DNA of 64,000 nucleotides from Selaginella moellendorffii (lineage: Eukaryota; Plantae; Lycopodiophyta), in NCBI RefSeq assembly GCF_000143415.4, contig NW_003314290.1, forward strand, positions 682,001 to 746,000, written 5' to 3'. Shown here in pieces: positions 1 through 11,745 of the stretch. Under the pieces are notes generated by a model. The model saw nothing but the letters and a program-made list of their open reading frames with translations, searched no databases and was not told the origin of the DNA. The translations under genes were made by a program, and so were the position numbers. How positions within the stretch are numbered: the stretch's first letter is position 1; the number at the start of each line of letters is the position of its first letter.

Positions 1-1251
1 AGCCTGTTCGTCCAGTCCTTGCTGCGAGCACACCGTGATCATTGCGTTCCAGACCACCAGATCTCTGCGCTCCATCTTCTCAAAAACTCTTGACGCCAGC
101 TCCGGCCTCCCGCACTTCCCATACATGTCGATCAGCGCGGTCCCGACGCTCAAGTAGCTCCTGCCAAACTCGGAGCTCTCCACGAGCTCGTGGATGGCCG
201 TGCCATGCTTGACATCTCGGGCGGCGGCACAGGCACCGAGTATACTCACGAAAGTCACTTCGTTCGGCCTCACCCCCTCTGCCACCATCTTCCGGAAGAA
301 ATCCAGTGCGAGGTCCTCACGGCCGTGGAGAGCAAAGCCGGAGATCATTGCCGTCCACGAGACAACACTTTGGTCGCCAGCCATGTCCTGGAAGAACTTC
401 CTCGCGTCGCCGACGCTCCCAGCCTTGCAGTACATGTTGAGCAGCGAGTTCCGGACCACGGGATGGAGGTGGAATCCCATGGAAGTGATTCGAGCTTCGA
501 GAGCTCTTCCATGATCCAGGGAGCCCAGGCTCGAGCAAGCGCTGACAAGATTGATGAGCACCACCATGTCGAGCCTGACGCCTTGATGATCCATCCAGTG
601 GTAGAGCTCGAGAGCTCTCCTGGCGAGGCCGTTGTCGACGCAGGCACCGATGATGATGCTCCAGGAGAAAATGTTTGGAAACTCTATCTTCTCGAAGACG
701 GCCCTGGCCTCTTCCATGGCGCCGCATTTGCCATACATTTGGATGAGATGGTTGCCCAGGAAGAGATCCTTGCCCAGGCCGGTGTCGACGATCTCGGCGT
801 GGATTCTCCGGCCCTCGGGCAGTGATCTGGAGCGGCTGCATTGCTGGAGGAGCGATGCGAATGCCGCGACGCGCGACGGCGGGAATTTCGACGAATTTCT
901 TGCTGCCGGAGCTCCTGAGTCGCTACTTACAGCCGCAGGAGGAGGAAGAAGCACCAGATTGCGGCATTGTCCGTCACGCAATGGGGAGCTCCCGAATCGC
1001 CGCTGGCGACAGGCATTGAAAACTTTGAGGACGGCCTCACCGCCACCCAAGGGAGGAGCTCCGCGGGCAACAACCTTGGGTTCTAGGCCTTCGATTGGAA
1101 CACCAAAGTGCTTAAGCATTGGCAATGTTGCTGTGCCAAAGGTGTCGACGCAGGGATCCCTGCTGTCATTCGTAATGCCTGTCACAGGCCACAAAGAATT
1201 CTTCCAGGAGCATCCCCCTGTACGTAAGAAAGGCCCTCTCCAAATGCCCAT
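1..1251 (-). CDS. Chimeric open frame: RCL1 exon fused in frame to a PLS-class PPR (partial; runs off the left edge)
   Basis: Read by hand on the minus strand: ATG at 1251 (second ATG at 1119), then GITNDSRDPCVDTFGTATLPMLKHFGVPIEGLEPKVVARGAPPLGGGEAVLKV|FNACRQRRFGSSPLRDGQ...GRRIHAEIV...LIQMYGKCG, with no stop seen to base 1. Bases 1-1023 are an inverted copy of 18964-19986 but have CGA at 217-219 where the other copy has TGA. It is probably absent from the ORF track because no stop lies inside the window. Confidence 0.6.
   Translation of the reverse strand, partial: MGIWRGPFLRTGGCSWKNSLWPVTGITNDSRDPCVDTFGTATLPMLKHFGVPIEGLEPKVVARGAPPLGGGEAVLKVFNACRQRRFGSSPLRDGQCRNLVLLPPPAAVSSDSGAPAARNSSKFPPSRVAAFASLLQQCSRSRSLPEGRRIHAEIVDTGLGKDLFLGNHLIQMYGKCGAMEEARAVFEKIEFPNIFSWSIIIGACVDNGLARRALELYHWMDHQGVRLDMVVLINLVSACSSLGSLDHGRALEARITSMGFHLHPVVRNSLLNMYCKAGSVGDARKFFQDMAGDQSVVSWTAMISGFALHGREDLALDFFRKMVAEGVRPNEVTFVSILGACAAARDVKHGTAIHELVESSEFGRSYLSVGTALIDMYGKCGRPELASRVFEKMERRDLVVWNAMITVCSQQGLDEQA
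1021..1180 (-). pseudogene. RCL1: Captured RCL1 (RNA 3'-terminal phosphate cyclase-like) exon fragment
   Basis: GITND..DPCVDTF...LPMLKHFG...GL...ARGAPPLGGGE matches the conserved RCL1 segment. An acceptor-like ttctttgtggcctgtgacag lies just upstream on the minus strand. Confidence 0.85.
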
Positions 1252-1435
1252 AGTGGGCAAATCCTGCTACTCTTGCTGTCCAGGCCACCACATCTTTCTT
1301 CATCCCTTGGAACACACGAATCGCGCCTCGCAAGCTGCCACACGCGGCATACATGTCAATCAGCGCAGTATACACGATCAAGCTCGAATCCCAGCCAGCA
1401 GCAACCATTTGGGAGTGGATTTGCTTACCCACGGA
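1200..1435 (-). pseudogene. Isolated PLS-PPR fragment
   Basis: GKQIHSQMVAAGWDSSLIVYTALIDMYAACGSLRGAIRVFQGMKKDVVAWTA (ORF 1166-1432), truncated at both ends. Confidence 0.8.
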
Positions 1436-1644
1436 AAGAAATCGCGATCCACAGCACGCTCCAAGGGCCGCGACCTAGTTGATCCTGCAAACATCAGCGC
1501 CATTATTCGCACCCCTCGAGGACGAGTGACGTTTTCCTCGCGTATATATGTATAGAAAACGCAGTCGCTTTTGATCCACTTACGCTTCACTGCAAGGCCA
1601 ATGGATCAAAGCTTGGAAACTTGGAAAACTCCATAGCCAAAACC

Positions 1645-3210
1645 TTACCTTTCTAGAAGGGGTTTCTGGCTTCACGCTCCCGCTCGCGTTCACTCACGGC
1701 CTTCCCCCAAGTTACGAGGAGTAATCCCGCAACAATGAGTAATCCTCCAAGAACACTGGAAGAAAGTTTCTGCTGTTAGCTATCGATATACAAGTAAGAA
1801 GTGAGCTTCTTACCTGCCCAGGAACAAGGGACTTCGTAAGAAAACGCAAGCCAGCGTAGAGGAGGCAAGTGGCTGCAAAGGCATGTAAAGCGCGACGAGC
1901 GACGGGCCAACAACACCGTTGGACCAAGTTAGAAGCACGTAGTTGATTGCCGACGCAAAAACTCCCTGGAGTGAAAAACCGAGAAACAATGGAGAACTTA
2001 TGGAAAGGAAGCTCGAGCTAAGTTACCGCGTACAAAACTGCGTAGCCTTCCACTTGGTTGAAAAGCCATTGTGTCGTATCGCCCACTGCTAGCACTCCAG
2101 TAAATGCCATGAGAAGCGTTCCAAAGAGATACGAGTAGGCAGTGACTCGCCAAGACGGGCGCCTGGTAAAACAAAGTTCCATCCAAGTTAATGCCGAAAC
2201 GAATAACCACAAAAGAATAGCAAAAGCTTACCTGATAAGCAATGTACAAAGCCATGAGGAAGCAATTACCAAGGAGGCAAAGAATTCCCAGCTGCCAGTT
2301 CTCGGCACCGGTTGCGCTTGAAATTCTCTGTAACAACGAAACTCCGACAATAGTTCCACCATGATGTAAATGCTCGGTACGCCCGAAGAGGAGCGGACCT
2401 TTGTACAAGGCCATGAGCAGCGCTCCACAAACGCTGAGAAAGACTCCTCCCACTTTCGCTAAAGTATCATATCCAGTCCAATTCAAAGTTTCCGTTCTGG
2501 AGAAAACATCGTGTTTGCATCAGTACAACCAGAAAATCCAAAAGAGAAATGGTCTACTCAAAGAGATTGTCTTCGAGTGGAAGAGAAAACCCTGTCGAAG
2601 AACTCAAAGCAGAGAGAGCTCTGTCGAAGAACTCAAAGCAGAGAAAACTCTGTGACATTGGCTTCACTTCTCAGAGGAAAAACCTTGATTTGTCAAAAGC
2701 ACCAAGAGAAGAGAGATTTGCTTACCCGTTGGCCAAGGCGAGCACAAACGTAAACACTGGAATTGCCGGCTGGACTGCGGCGGCATACGAGGGAGAGGTG
2801 AGATTAAGTCCAAGCAAGAACAGTAGCTGGTTCCCAAAGATCCTGCTCCAACAACCAAACGCCCCTTGTAAAGCTCTGGATCGAAGATTTCGGGATTCTT
2901 ACGCTCACCCGGACAGTCCCAGGACGAAGAAATGGAATAAAAGCCGAGAGCTTACGCGAGTCCTGCTCCTCCTGTAGAAGAAAGAGCGCATTTCAATCGA
3001 TTTTAAGAACACGGCAGAAGAAATCACGAAGACATCGCCACTCACCGCTCGTAGAAGAATGCGAGGGGCGCAAGAATGGCGAGTCGCGAAACACGCAAAA
3101 CACGACCTGATTGGCGCCAGTGGTGAGCGCGAATTTGGTGAGGACGTGATAGACGCCATAGTCGAGCTGGACGATCGCGAGGCAGAGGTGCGCAATCCAC
3201 AGCCTCCTCT
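1645..3210 (-). pseudogene. WAT1/UMAMIT pseudogene copy
   Basis: Copy of 25551-27148 with the ATG deleted (~3210) and internal deletions near 3083 and 2150. Confidence 0.88.
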
Positions 3211-3395
3211 CCCCCTTCTGTTCCCTCTCTCCAAATTTTTTTGATAACCCTAAACAAACACGTGGCTTTAGCGAACCTTTTCCACTTGGACACGAATATC
3301 CGTGTGGTAAACTTTTACCTTTAACACATGTTTTCCACCACGTGCTGACCTAAACGAATGATTCTTTTTCTCTCGGGGTAAATGTTCTTCGTTTG

Positions 3396-3698
3396 ATGCG
3401 CCTTGGAATCAGCAAGGGTTTGCTGAGAATCATGTGCCTTTTCTTCCACTGTTGCGCAGGTAATCCTCAATTGCAGCACGATCTCCACTCATGGAGCTGA
3501 AATCTCGTCCTCTGGACCAGCGCCATCGCTTCTTGCAACTGCAATGGTGATCCAGGCAAGGCGCTGGCGATATTTCGGCGAATGCTGCTCCATGGATTGC
3601 TGCTGGACAACATCTCCTTCATCACAGCGCTCAAATTGTGTGTCCGGATCCAAAGTCTCGCTGCAGGGAAGTTCATCTATCTTCTGGTGATCAAATCG
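3396..3698 (+). pseudogene. 5' fragment copy of the 1268-aa PPR gene
   Basis: Matches 25364-25062 reversed; CGG changed to TGA at 3498-3500; truncated at 3698. Confidence 0.88.
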
Positions 3699-3898
3699 TC
3701 AAGGTGTATGGTCAGGAATTTTCAAGACAATAGTCGAGGGTGCAATCTTGAACACATTTTTATCTTTAGTTCCTCAAAGATTGTAGAAAATACGACTTGG
3801 CATGTCCCTAGCAAACCATGATGATTTGAGCTCATGATAGACATGGTCCATATCACTCAGCACATGCACCTATGTTTGAAGTTCACCAAAAAATCCAG

Positions 3899-4430
3899 TC
3901 AGAATATTACAAATACCTTATAGGTGTTTTCAGCTTTAAGATCATCAGCAATGAATATGATGTTTGTAGTGTTAAGCATTTGATCTACACTAGTGATTGC
4001 CGCAGCAACCGTTGAAGAAGTATAAGTAGAAGCATCCACTGCAAATTGACTTAATGGAACAATGTTTAATGGTCTGACAAAATCAAGCACTGGAGGAGCT
4101 TTCTCTAGCCATGCTCGAACATGTGTGGCCATAGAAATATCTACTGAGAGATGATGGAGCCCCAAATGATATTTTAGATTCTTAGCTCTGACTTTGTAGT
4201 GTTGAATACACAGCCAGTTAGATGGCTTGAAAAGGTGGCTATATTTATCAGCAGCGTTGGCTGCCATTGAAGCTGTCGCAAGGTGCATGCTGTAGCTGTC
4301 AGTAAAATTGATATTAAGGAACCTTGATGTTGATGCCATACTTGTTGAGTGGATCTCATGTTGGAAATCATAACTGCTGTACCAAGATAATACATATATA
4401 AAAAGCGGCTCACCACCTGAATGGAGCTGT
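3899..4430 (-). pseudogene. RPA70-like OB-fold ssDNA-binding protein fragment (copy A)
   Basis: FLNINFTD...ATA....AADKYSHLFKPSNWLCIQHYKVRAKNLKY...H.LSVDISMATHV follows the RPA1 DBD-A pattern (by eye). 3749-4626 is an inverted copy of 12477-13397. Confidence 0.5.
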
Positions 4431-4638
4431 AGATCCGCAATATAAACACATGCATATTGTGTTTCCTCAAAAGAAGCAATCAAATTCCATATGCCAGGGT
4501 CTAGAATGCTATATAATTTGTGCTTAGCTAAAAAATCTTGTTACAAACCCATAACTAAAAAAAAAAATCTAAAATTGAGTAATACCTCCTATAATCCCAC
4601 AAGGCACTTGGCTGGAAGTCTGTGTCAACTATCCATTG

Positions 4639-4827
4639 TCGTGGATGGCTGGCTGAAGTTTGAGGCCGCGGCTCAAATCACTATGCACATCAAGGAGAGT
4701 GGACGCACTATTACTAGAAAAGACCGATGGCTTCTAGCATGGTAAGAAAAAAGTTCTATGTAACTAATTTGGGTCAGGCTTGATACTAAACTACACTCCC
4801 AGGAATTCTTTGATGGTCGGGAAGAGA
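4639..4827 (-). pseudogene. RCL1: RCL1 3' fragment (inverted copy of 11681-11868)
   Basis: IKEFLGV*FSIKPDPN; near-identical DNA to 11681-11868 and 15266-15413. Confidence 0.75.
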
Positions 4828-5071
4828 TATTGGTTGGTGCCACCATTGCAAGAATAAACGAACGTTTTTTCAAACTTTGCAAGTCCATGGCAAATTCTAT
4901 CTAGATACTGGCCACTCCCATGACGTTTGCATGGACGACACTTATATAGACCAAGCATATGGTCTCACTCCTGGCCAGTTTCTAAGAATGTTCATTTCTA
5001 CTCGAATGCCTAAGGCGATCAAACTTTTGGAGACAAAGAAGCCACCAATAGGCCACTTCTTATTCTCGACT

Positions 5072-6893
5072 AGTGCCGATCAAAGCTCACCAAAAGTTAT
5101 TGCATTCAAGGCTGATTAGAGTATTGTGCACTTTTATTTCCTGTTCTAGTGTGTTTTCATTTCTTGTTCCCGTGTGCTTTTATTTTCTATTTGTACAATG
5201 TATTGTCTATAAGCTTGCTGCATAGTTGTTTATGGGATCCATTGTATTATTACAACCTCAAAGTCTCTTGTAAGACTCTCTGGAATGCAAGCTTCCCAAT
5301 CGATGCATTGCCCCACTTCTTGCAGCAGGCCAACAACGTCATCCATGTCACGAAGCTGGGCTTGAAAGGCATTGTCTGCCACATCCAGAGCTTCCTGGAC
5401 TGCCACCTTGCACAAGGCTGTAACTTGCGTTAGATCAACAAAAGCATTTTTTTTCAGGAAACTTACGTGCATGCCGTGCTCATCAATGTAAAATGACCTT
5501 CATGCAATGGATTAAAATCACCGGAAAGAACGACCCTTCTGCCGGTTTTACAGTCTTTGCTACCTATATCACAACTTATAAAAAAACTAACCACTGAGCA
5601 AATTTCAAAGTACCTTCACCGGGATAATGGACCATGCAGACATTTCCATGTATTAGCTGCTCGAGCTCTTCGTCCTCTGTGTAATTCAGCCTCGACTCTC
5701 AAATTTCTTCCTCAGGTCTCTTCAATTCTCCCGGTACCGTATTTCCAATCTCACAAACGTCAGCCATAGCCTGGACATAAATCAAAAGTTTGGGTGAACT
5801 GAAAAGCCTGGTCATAAAAATCATAACCTTGATCAGGAGCTGACTGGATAGACAATCCTCTCCAAAACAATCTCTATATCCCTGGAGATGAGAAAAACAA
5901 TCGATTAAATTCATTGTTGTAAATATACAAGACCTTCTAAAGAGTGACGTCATATCTCCAAAGAGATGAATGTGTTTGAGCAGGTATGTGGCATCTGGAA
6001 AGAAAAAATAAAAATAAAAATCTTCCATGGCGAACACAAAAACAAAGTCACTTGTGATCTCCTCGCTTGGGACTCCCAGTCGTCAACGCACTAGTGACTC
6101 CAAATCCAGCCACCAGAGTGCCTGCACTGCATTCCAAGAAAAAATCTGCTTGCTCGATCGAGAAAAAACTATCTGCATGCAGCACAAGTTATTTATAAAG
6201 CTCAAGAGCTGCCATCACTGAAAATTGTGGCTACGTTCAAGTGACACATTAGGAATGTCCCTAAGATCTGATAAATGATAGTATACTTGACTTTCTCTAC
6301 AAATGAGACCGTTCATGAGGAGACATGGATACCAGTTGCTTCCAAATGCTTCCTTTCTATAATCTTCACCATTCTTCAATTTGAAAAAAAACTCCATAGT
6401 GCTGGTTTTGTCAGTCCTATATTTTATAAGCATTAGCATCGGAGTTCAAATTGACAGCAACAAAGAAGGTAATCCCAGCACGAGAGAGAGTACTGCTCGT
6501 GTTGTTTACCTGAGTGATTTAACAAATCCTTTAGCGAAGGGAAGTGGCCTGGGTATAGTTTTCTTCAGAATCTTCAAAATAAGAATCCAAAACCTACAAT
6601 GCAAAGAAGTCTCATAATACTGGAAATCCCACCAAACTCTCATGTTTTTTAGAAAGGTTTTTACGATGCAGCAAATGAAACGTCATTCCCAAATGTAGCT
6701 GAAACGCATGCCTACACTTACGACATCAAATTAAAGCATAAGGAAGTTGGAGAGGAGTACCTGGTGTACAACTACATTGCAATGGCGATTTACCTGTTTT
6801 CTCGCAGTACCTGGCACTTGGTCTTGAAGAAGATGACATGGGTGGAGCATGCCATGATCGAAGTTGAGAGCTGGCAGGATTGGCTTCACTTGT
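5072..6893 (-). pseudogene. Unidentified multi-exon gene fragments (direct duplicate of 13401-15189)
   Basis: Exon-like peptides (VTALCKVAVQEALDVADNAFQAQLRD; AMADVCEIGNTVPGELK; STMEFFFKLKNGEDYRKEAFG) separated by short GT-AG introns, with in-frame stops. Confidence 0.6.
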
Positions 6894-6894
6894 A

Positions 6895-7379
6895 ACGGCT
6901 GTAACGGCTATTTGAAGTCTTCTTGCACACCTATTCGTCAAGATGTAAAGCATTGTATTGGAATAGACTAAATACCTGAAGCACTAAACTGTGTAAGGTG
7001 CTCAAATCCTGGAAAGAAAAGTGATTAGATTCTAGTTTATCAAGATAAACACAAACTTGGTTCACTGCTCTCTCCACCCATCTCTACATCACCTAAAACT
7101 TATTGCTATTGTGAAAAAACATCATCTAGCGATGGCTGGTAATTGTAATCTACATGGTCTTGAGACCCCACATTAGAATCGCTAGCTACTGCTGCCATCA
7201 GAGAGGGCAATCTTGAATGAAACAATTGATTAACTTTGGGTTAATCACAACTGTTGGCCCAAAGGCCTACTTAATTTTTGCAACGTCATTGGGCACATGT
7301 AAAACTCGCAAAAACTATTTTACTTGATGAAGGCAACCAAAGCATTGTATTCCAGCTTCTTATCTTCAGTGGGAGCATA
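6895..7379. repeat. Inverted duplicate of 11901-12380
   Basis: Direct reverse-complement match at both ends. Confidence 0.9.
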
Positions 7380-7399
7380 TCTGTGCTGGCGTTGGAGCA

Positions 7400-7963
7400 C
7401 AAAATATAAGTTATATATTTTGAGTAAAACTTATAATTAATTAATGTCCTGCAGTATATATTTGATCTCTATATACTAATTTATTAGTATATAATACTAT
7501 GGAATATAAGATTTGAATTTATTATATATATATTTACAAATAATTATTTTTTTGATTAGATCTAGGTAGTAATATATTAATGTTTCTAAAAACTTATTGT
7601 TTTATATTTTGAGGACAAATTATAATTAATTAATGTCCTGCAGTAATTATTCTCTTTTATTTGTTTTTACTTTTTTATTTGTCAATTTGTTTCTAAATAT
7701 ATTCATATTTCCAAATAATAATTTGTATATAATATTTTTATGAATGAATATTTTATCTTACTTATGCCTAGGAATATATTTTTTTAAATAGATATATTAT
7801 CAAGTTTACAAGAATTTATTTTTTTATTCATCTAACATTTTCTAGGCATAATTCTCTCAATCAAAGTGGAATATAATATTTGTTGTTTTAATACTATTCT
7901 AATATATTAAAAAATCAAAACAGTATTTTGCTGATTACATAGCATATGCTGGGCAAGTGCTAG
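7400..7963 (+). mobile_element. Non-autonomous Helitron 3' portion
   Basis: AT-rich body ending AGCATATGCT-GGGCAAGTG-CTAG|T (palindrome 7941-7950, CTAG 7960-7963). The terminus is identical to the one at 18857-18879. The 5' end was not located. Confidence 0.75.
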
Positions 7964-8078
7964 TATTACATAACATAGACCTTTGCACAATTTTTTCTTG
8001 TGGTGATCTTTTGGCCACGGTGGATACAATGTGGACTTCGGCAGGTCAAGACCTAGACTTGACTTCTGCCAGTCCGTA

Positions 8079-10787
8079 CACTACTACATAAAAGCATTAT
8101 AATGATATGTTTTTCCAACGAAATTTTTGTGTTTGTTCAAAATCTAAGTTGTAATTTTCAACTCAACTTAAATGTAGCAAATTGGCTTTAGTTACAAATT
8201 TTAAGTTGTAATTTGTGATAGCTTTATAAATTGGAAATTATAGTTGTCCTTTACAACTAAAATATAAATCATAATTTGTTATTTAAAGCTAGATAAGCTC
8301 ATATATGTTGCTAATTAGAGTTGCAATTTACAACTTTTAAAATGTGACTAAAATGTAAGTTTTTAAGGTTTGTAGTTCTAAAATTTTTAGTCATAAATTT
8401 CAACAATATTTACATCAACTAACTTACTAATAGCAGTATAATGTATCCACTTTTAACACATAATTTCCTAATAAAAGGACTTTTTTTTTCCTCAGATCTG
8501 TATTAAGTTTTTTGTTTAGAATTTAGGAATGAGAGTTGCATGTTGGTGTTTAAGGTGTAGAAGTAATTATATTTACCTTATACAAATTACCATAAATCAT
8601 ATTCATCTTTATGGTAAACATCCTTTAGCACCACATGATGCATAGTTTTCAATAGAAGATATTCAAGGGATTAGATTATGCAACTCTACTACTTTAGTAC
8701 AACAATTTTTTGAAATTGATGAAAGCTCTATAGTTCCAGATGATTGTTGTATTAATTGGAATGGTGGTAATGATAGTGGCAATGATGATATTGAGGATGA
8801 TGATGTATTTAATTATTTCTAAGATTGCTTACATGGAAATGAAGATAATTTATTATCTATTTATAAAGGGGCAAATGCTTCTATTTTGTTGACTTGTTTA
8901 AGGATTCTAGATGTGCAAGTTATTACTGGAATATCAAGCCAAGCAACAGATCATTTTGTAAGGTAATTAATTTTTATTTATTATTTAGTATTAAATTTTT
9001 CATTATTTGGATGAAGGCTCTTCAAAAAAATGTTGCCTACAACTAACATTTTTCAAATAACTATAAGGAAGTGGTAAATATCACTAAACATAATGGACTT
9101 ACCTATAAAAAGATTGATTCATGCATCAATGATTGTATGTAATTTCATAAGGAGAATAAGAATCTTCAATTTTGTAAAATTTCTAATGCTAGCAAGCACA
9201 AAGATTTTAGCAATTATATACCTGAGAAAATAATGCATTATTTCTTTATTATACCTTGACTTCAACAATAATTTCAATATAGAGAAATAACACAATATAT
9301 AACTTATCATTTTATCATCGATCCACTAATGGAATAATGAGAATGCCTGGAGATAGTTCAACTTAAAAAACAATTGAAGATGATTATCCAGATTTTGCAG
9401 CAGATCCAAAAAATATACATCTTAGTATGGCTGCAGATGATCTTTCTCTAACAAAACTAATGGCAAAAATATATTCATGTTAGGCAATTGTTGCAATTAA
9501 TAATAATATACCACCAACTCTAGCAATTAAGCCTTCATTTATATTCCTTATTATGATTATACTAGGTATTAGTTTAAAAAATAAATTGAAATATTTATAT
9601 TTATAATTTTTCTAAGCCCAAAACTTCATAAGGTACTTAATATTTATTGGTCATTATTTTTGGAAGAGTTAAAACAATTATGGGATGGAGTGCCATGCAA
9701 AGATAATTCTAAGCTAAAGGGTTAACAGTTTTTTAAGCTTAGAGAAGTAGTGTGATAGTTTATTCATGATTTTCCTGGATTATGATTTTGTTCAAGATTT
9801 TGAACTAATGGGAAAATACTTTTACTTAGATTGTGGATCTAGATTCTTAGAATATAGTCAAGAAGTTTATAAAAATGCATATATATTGGTCATTGGTGTT
9901 TCTTACCTAAAGATCATCTATTTAGGTCTACTAATAGAATGTAAAATTTTAGTTATTATTTCTAAAACATAATTTTAATTAGTTTATTTAATAGTCATAA
10001 TTATATTTGACCAATAATAGGACAAATGACTCCAAAAAAAATAGGTCCCATATTATTATTTGGTTAGACAAGAAGATCAAATATCATTACCTAATAGTAT
10101 GAAATGGTTATATCCACATTTTATCAACTTCCATATTTTTATAAGTTGCCAATAGCAATTTTAAAGGATTGCACGTATATATTTAAGAATTCTTTTGAAA
10201 TTATATATAAAACTATTACTGGTAAAAATGATGAATTAAGTACTAAAAAAGACTTAGTTGTGTGCAGAATGAAGTAAAATATATGGCTGCGACGTGATGG
10301 AAAAATTGAGCATAGAACTTGGACATTAACAAATCATCAAAATAAATTATTTATAGATAATATAGAGGCTTTTAAAGTGTTTACAATATATGGAACTGAA
10401 TTTTGAAATTGTATAGATGAGAAAGGTAATTTAATAGGTATGAAAACAATTCGCTTCATTTACTATGAGTATGTTTCTAAATTTACTAAAATGTAAATTA
10501 ATATATTTAGTAGGATGTTTATCCCATTTTTATAATGGGAAACACAACACCTCAATTACAGAAAGTAATATATTTTCTTAGAGAAGTTTTATGGTATTAA
10601 TTGATTTAATTTTTTGAATTTTAATTAGATTTTTAACTACTCAAGAAGTAGATAAATCTTTGATACCTATTATGAAAGAAAAGTTAATCATATGTGTGTG
10701 TTTATTGGAAGTAACATTACTTACAATAGTTATGACAACACAAGTACATTTATATCGCAAATATGACTTTATGTATTGAATGATACT
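8079..10787 (+). mobile_element. Decayed CACTA/EnSpm transposon (Tnp2 remnants)
   Basis: Begins CACTACTACATAAAAG at 8079. Remnants MRMPGDS..*KTIEDDYPDFAADPKNIHLSMAADD (9337-9441), YSC*AIVAINNNIPP and LEELKQLWDGV (9660-9692) match Tnp2 motifs. Very AT-rich; no 3' TIR found. Confidence 0.85.
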
Positions 10788-10862
10788 TGTCGGCCAGTCT
10801 TTACAGATACTCTCTCTTTACTACCATAACGGCAGAAAATTAGTACTGTTGGTTTCCTTTAT
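10788..10862. mobile_element. LTR terminus fragment
   Basis: TGTCGGCCAGTCTTTACAGATACTCTCTCTTTACTACCATAACGGCAG is homologous to the reverse complement of 52780-52854; both begin with TG. Confidence 0.6.
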
Positions 10863-10948
10863 GGTCTCCACCAAAGTGCTTTGGCATTGGCAGTGTTGCT
10901 GTACTGGGCATGGAAATTCTTCCAAGAGCATCCCCCTGTACATAAGAA

Positions 10949-11745
10949 AAGCACTTTGGTGTTCCAATTGAAGGCCTAGAACTCAAGGTTGTTGCCTGTG
11001 GAGCTCCTTCCTTGGGTGGTGGTGAGGCCATCCTCAAAGTTCCCATTGTCTCCAAGAGCCTCATGATCAATTTCTCCAAACTCCTCTTTTTTTTCTTTCT
11101 CTCCTCGCTAAGAATCCTTCGCCAAGCTGCTACATGGGTGGACGAGGGCATGGTGAAACATATCCGAGGAGTGAGTTACTCCACACGTGTCTCACCTCAT
11201 ATGGCCAATCAAATGGTTGATGCCGCTCATGGCGTGCTAAATCGCTTGCTCCCCGACGTGTACATCTTTACCGATCACTACACTGGTTCGGAGTCCGGGA
11301 AGTAAGTTCCATGATTTTGTGTTGCAAGGTAAACTTTTTTCATCTTGCTTCCTTTGTCATGGCACAGATCTCCGGGCTATAGGATCTCACTGGTGGCAGA
11401 AACAACCACCGGTTGCATTTTAAGCTCCGAGTGCATGGCTACGCATTCAGGAGCATCCGAGCTCGAGCTTCCAGAGGACCTGGGGACGCAAGCAGCCATG
11501 TCCTTGCAATAGGAGATAAAGCTGGGAGGAGTTGTAGATTCAACTCACCAGGTATCTATCTGTGAAACTGGAAAGGAAAGAAGTCGATCTCACAAACTTT
11601 CCTGTTTGCCATACAAGGGTTGCTGTTCATCCTCTGTGCTCTGTGCCCAGAAGATGTTTCCAAAGTCAAGGTCGGGAAGCTCTCTTCCCGACCATCAAAG
11701 AATTCCTAGGAGTGCAGTTTAGTATCAAGTCTGACCCGAATTAGT
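10949..11745 (+). pseudogene. RCL1: RCL1 pseudogene (3' half, introns retained)
   Basis: KHFGVPIEGLELKVVACGAPSLGGGEAILKVP / ATWVDEGMVKHIRGVSYSTRVSPHMANQMVDAAHGVLNRLLPDVYIFTDH / SPGYRISLVAETTTGC...LPEDLG...GGVVDSTHQ / GLLFILCALCPEDVSKVKVGKLS / IKEFLGVQF; 5' truncated, with stops. Confidence 0.92.

Larger units (their letters stand above)
1522..3698 (-). repeat. Inverted segmental duplicate of 25062-27272
   Basis: Near-identical reverse complement, including introns and the intergenic spacer. Confidence 0.95.

Noticed and set aside
632-1555. 307-aa plus-strand ORF and many similar ORFs overlapping the PPR, chitinase, F-box and LysM genes
   Set aside because: Antisense or alternate-frame shadows of GC-rich coding sequence
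10841-10848. TAGTACTG as the 3' TIR of the CACTA element starting at 8079
   Set aside because: It mismatches the 5' TIR, has no matching TSD, and lies inside an LTR-homologous fragment
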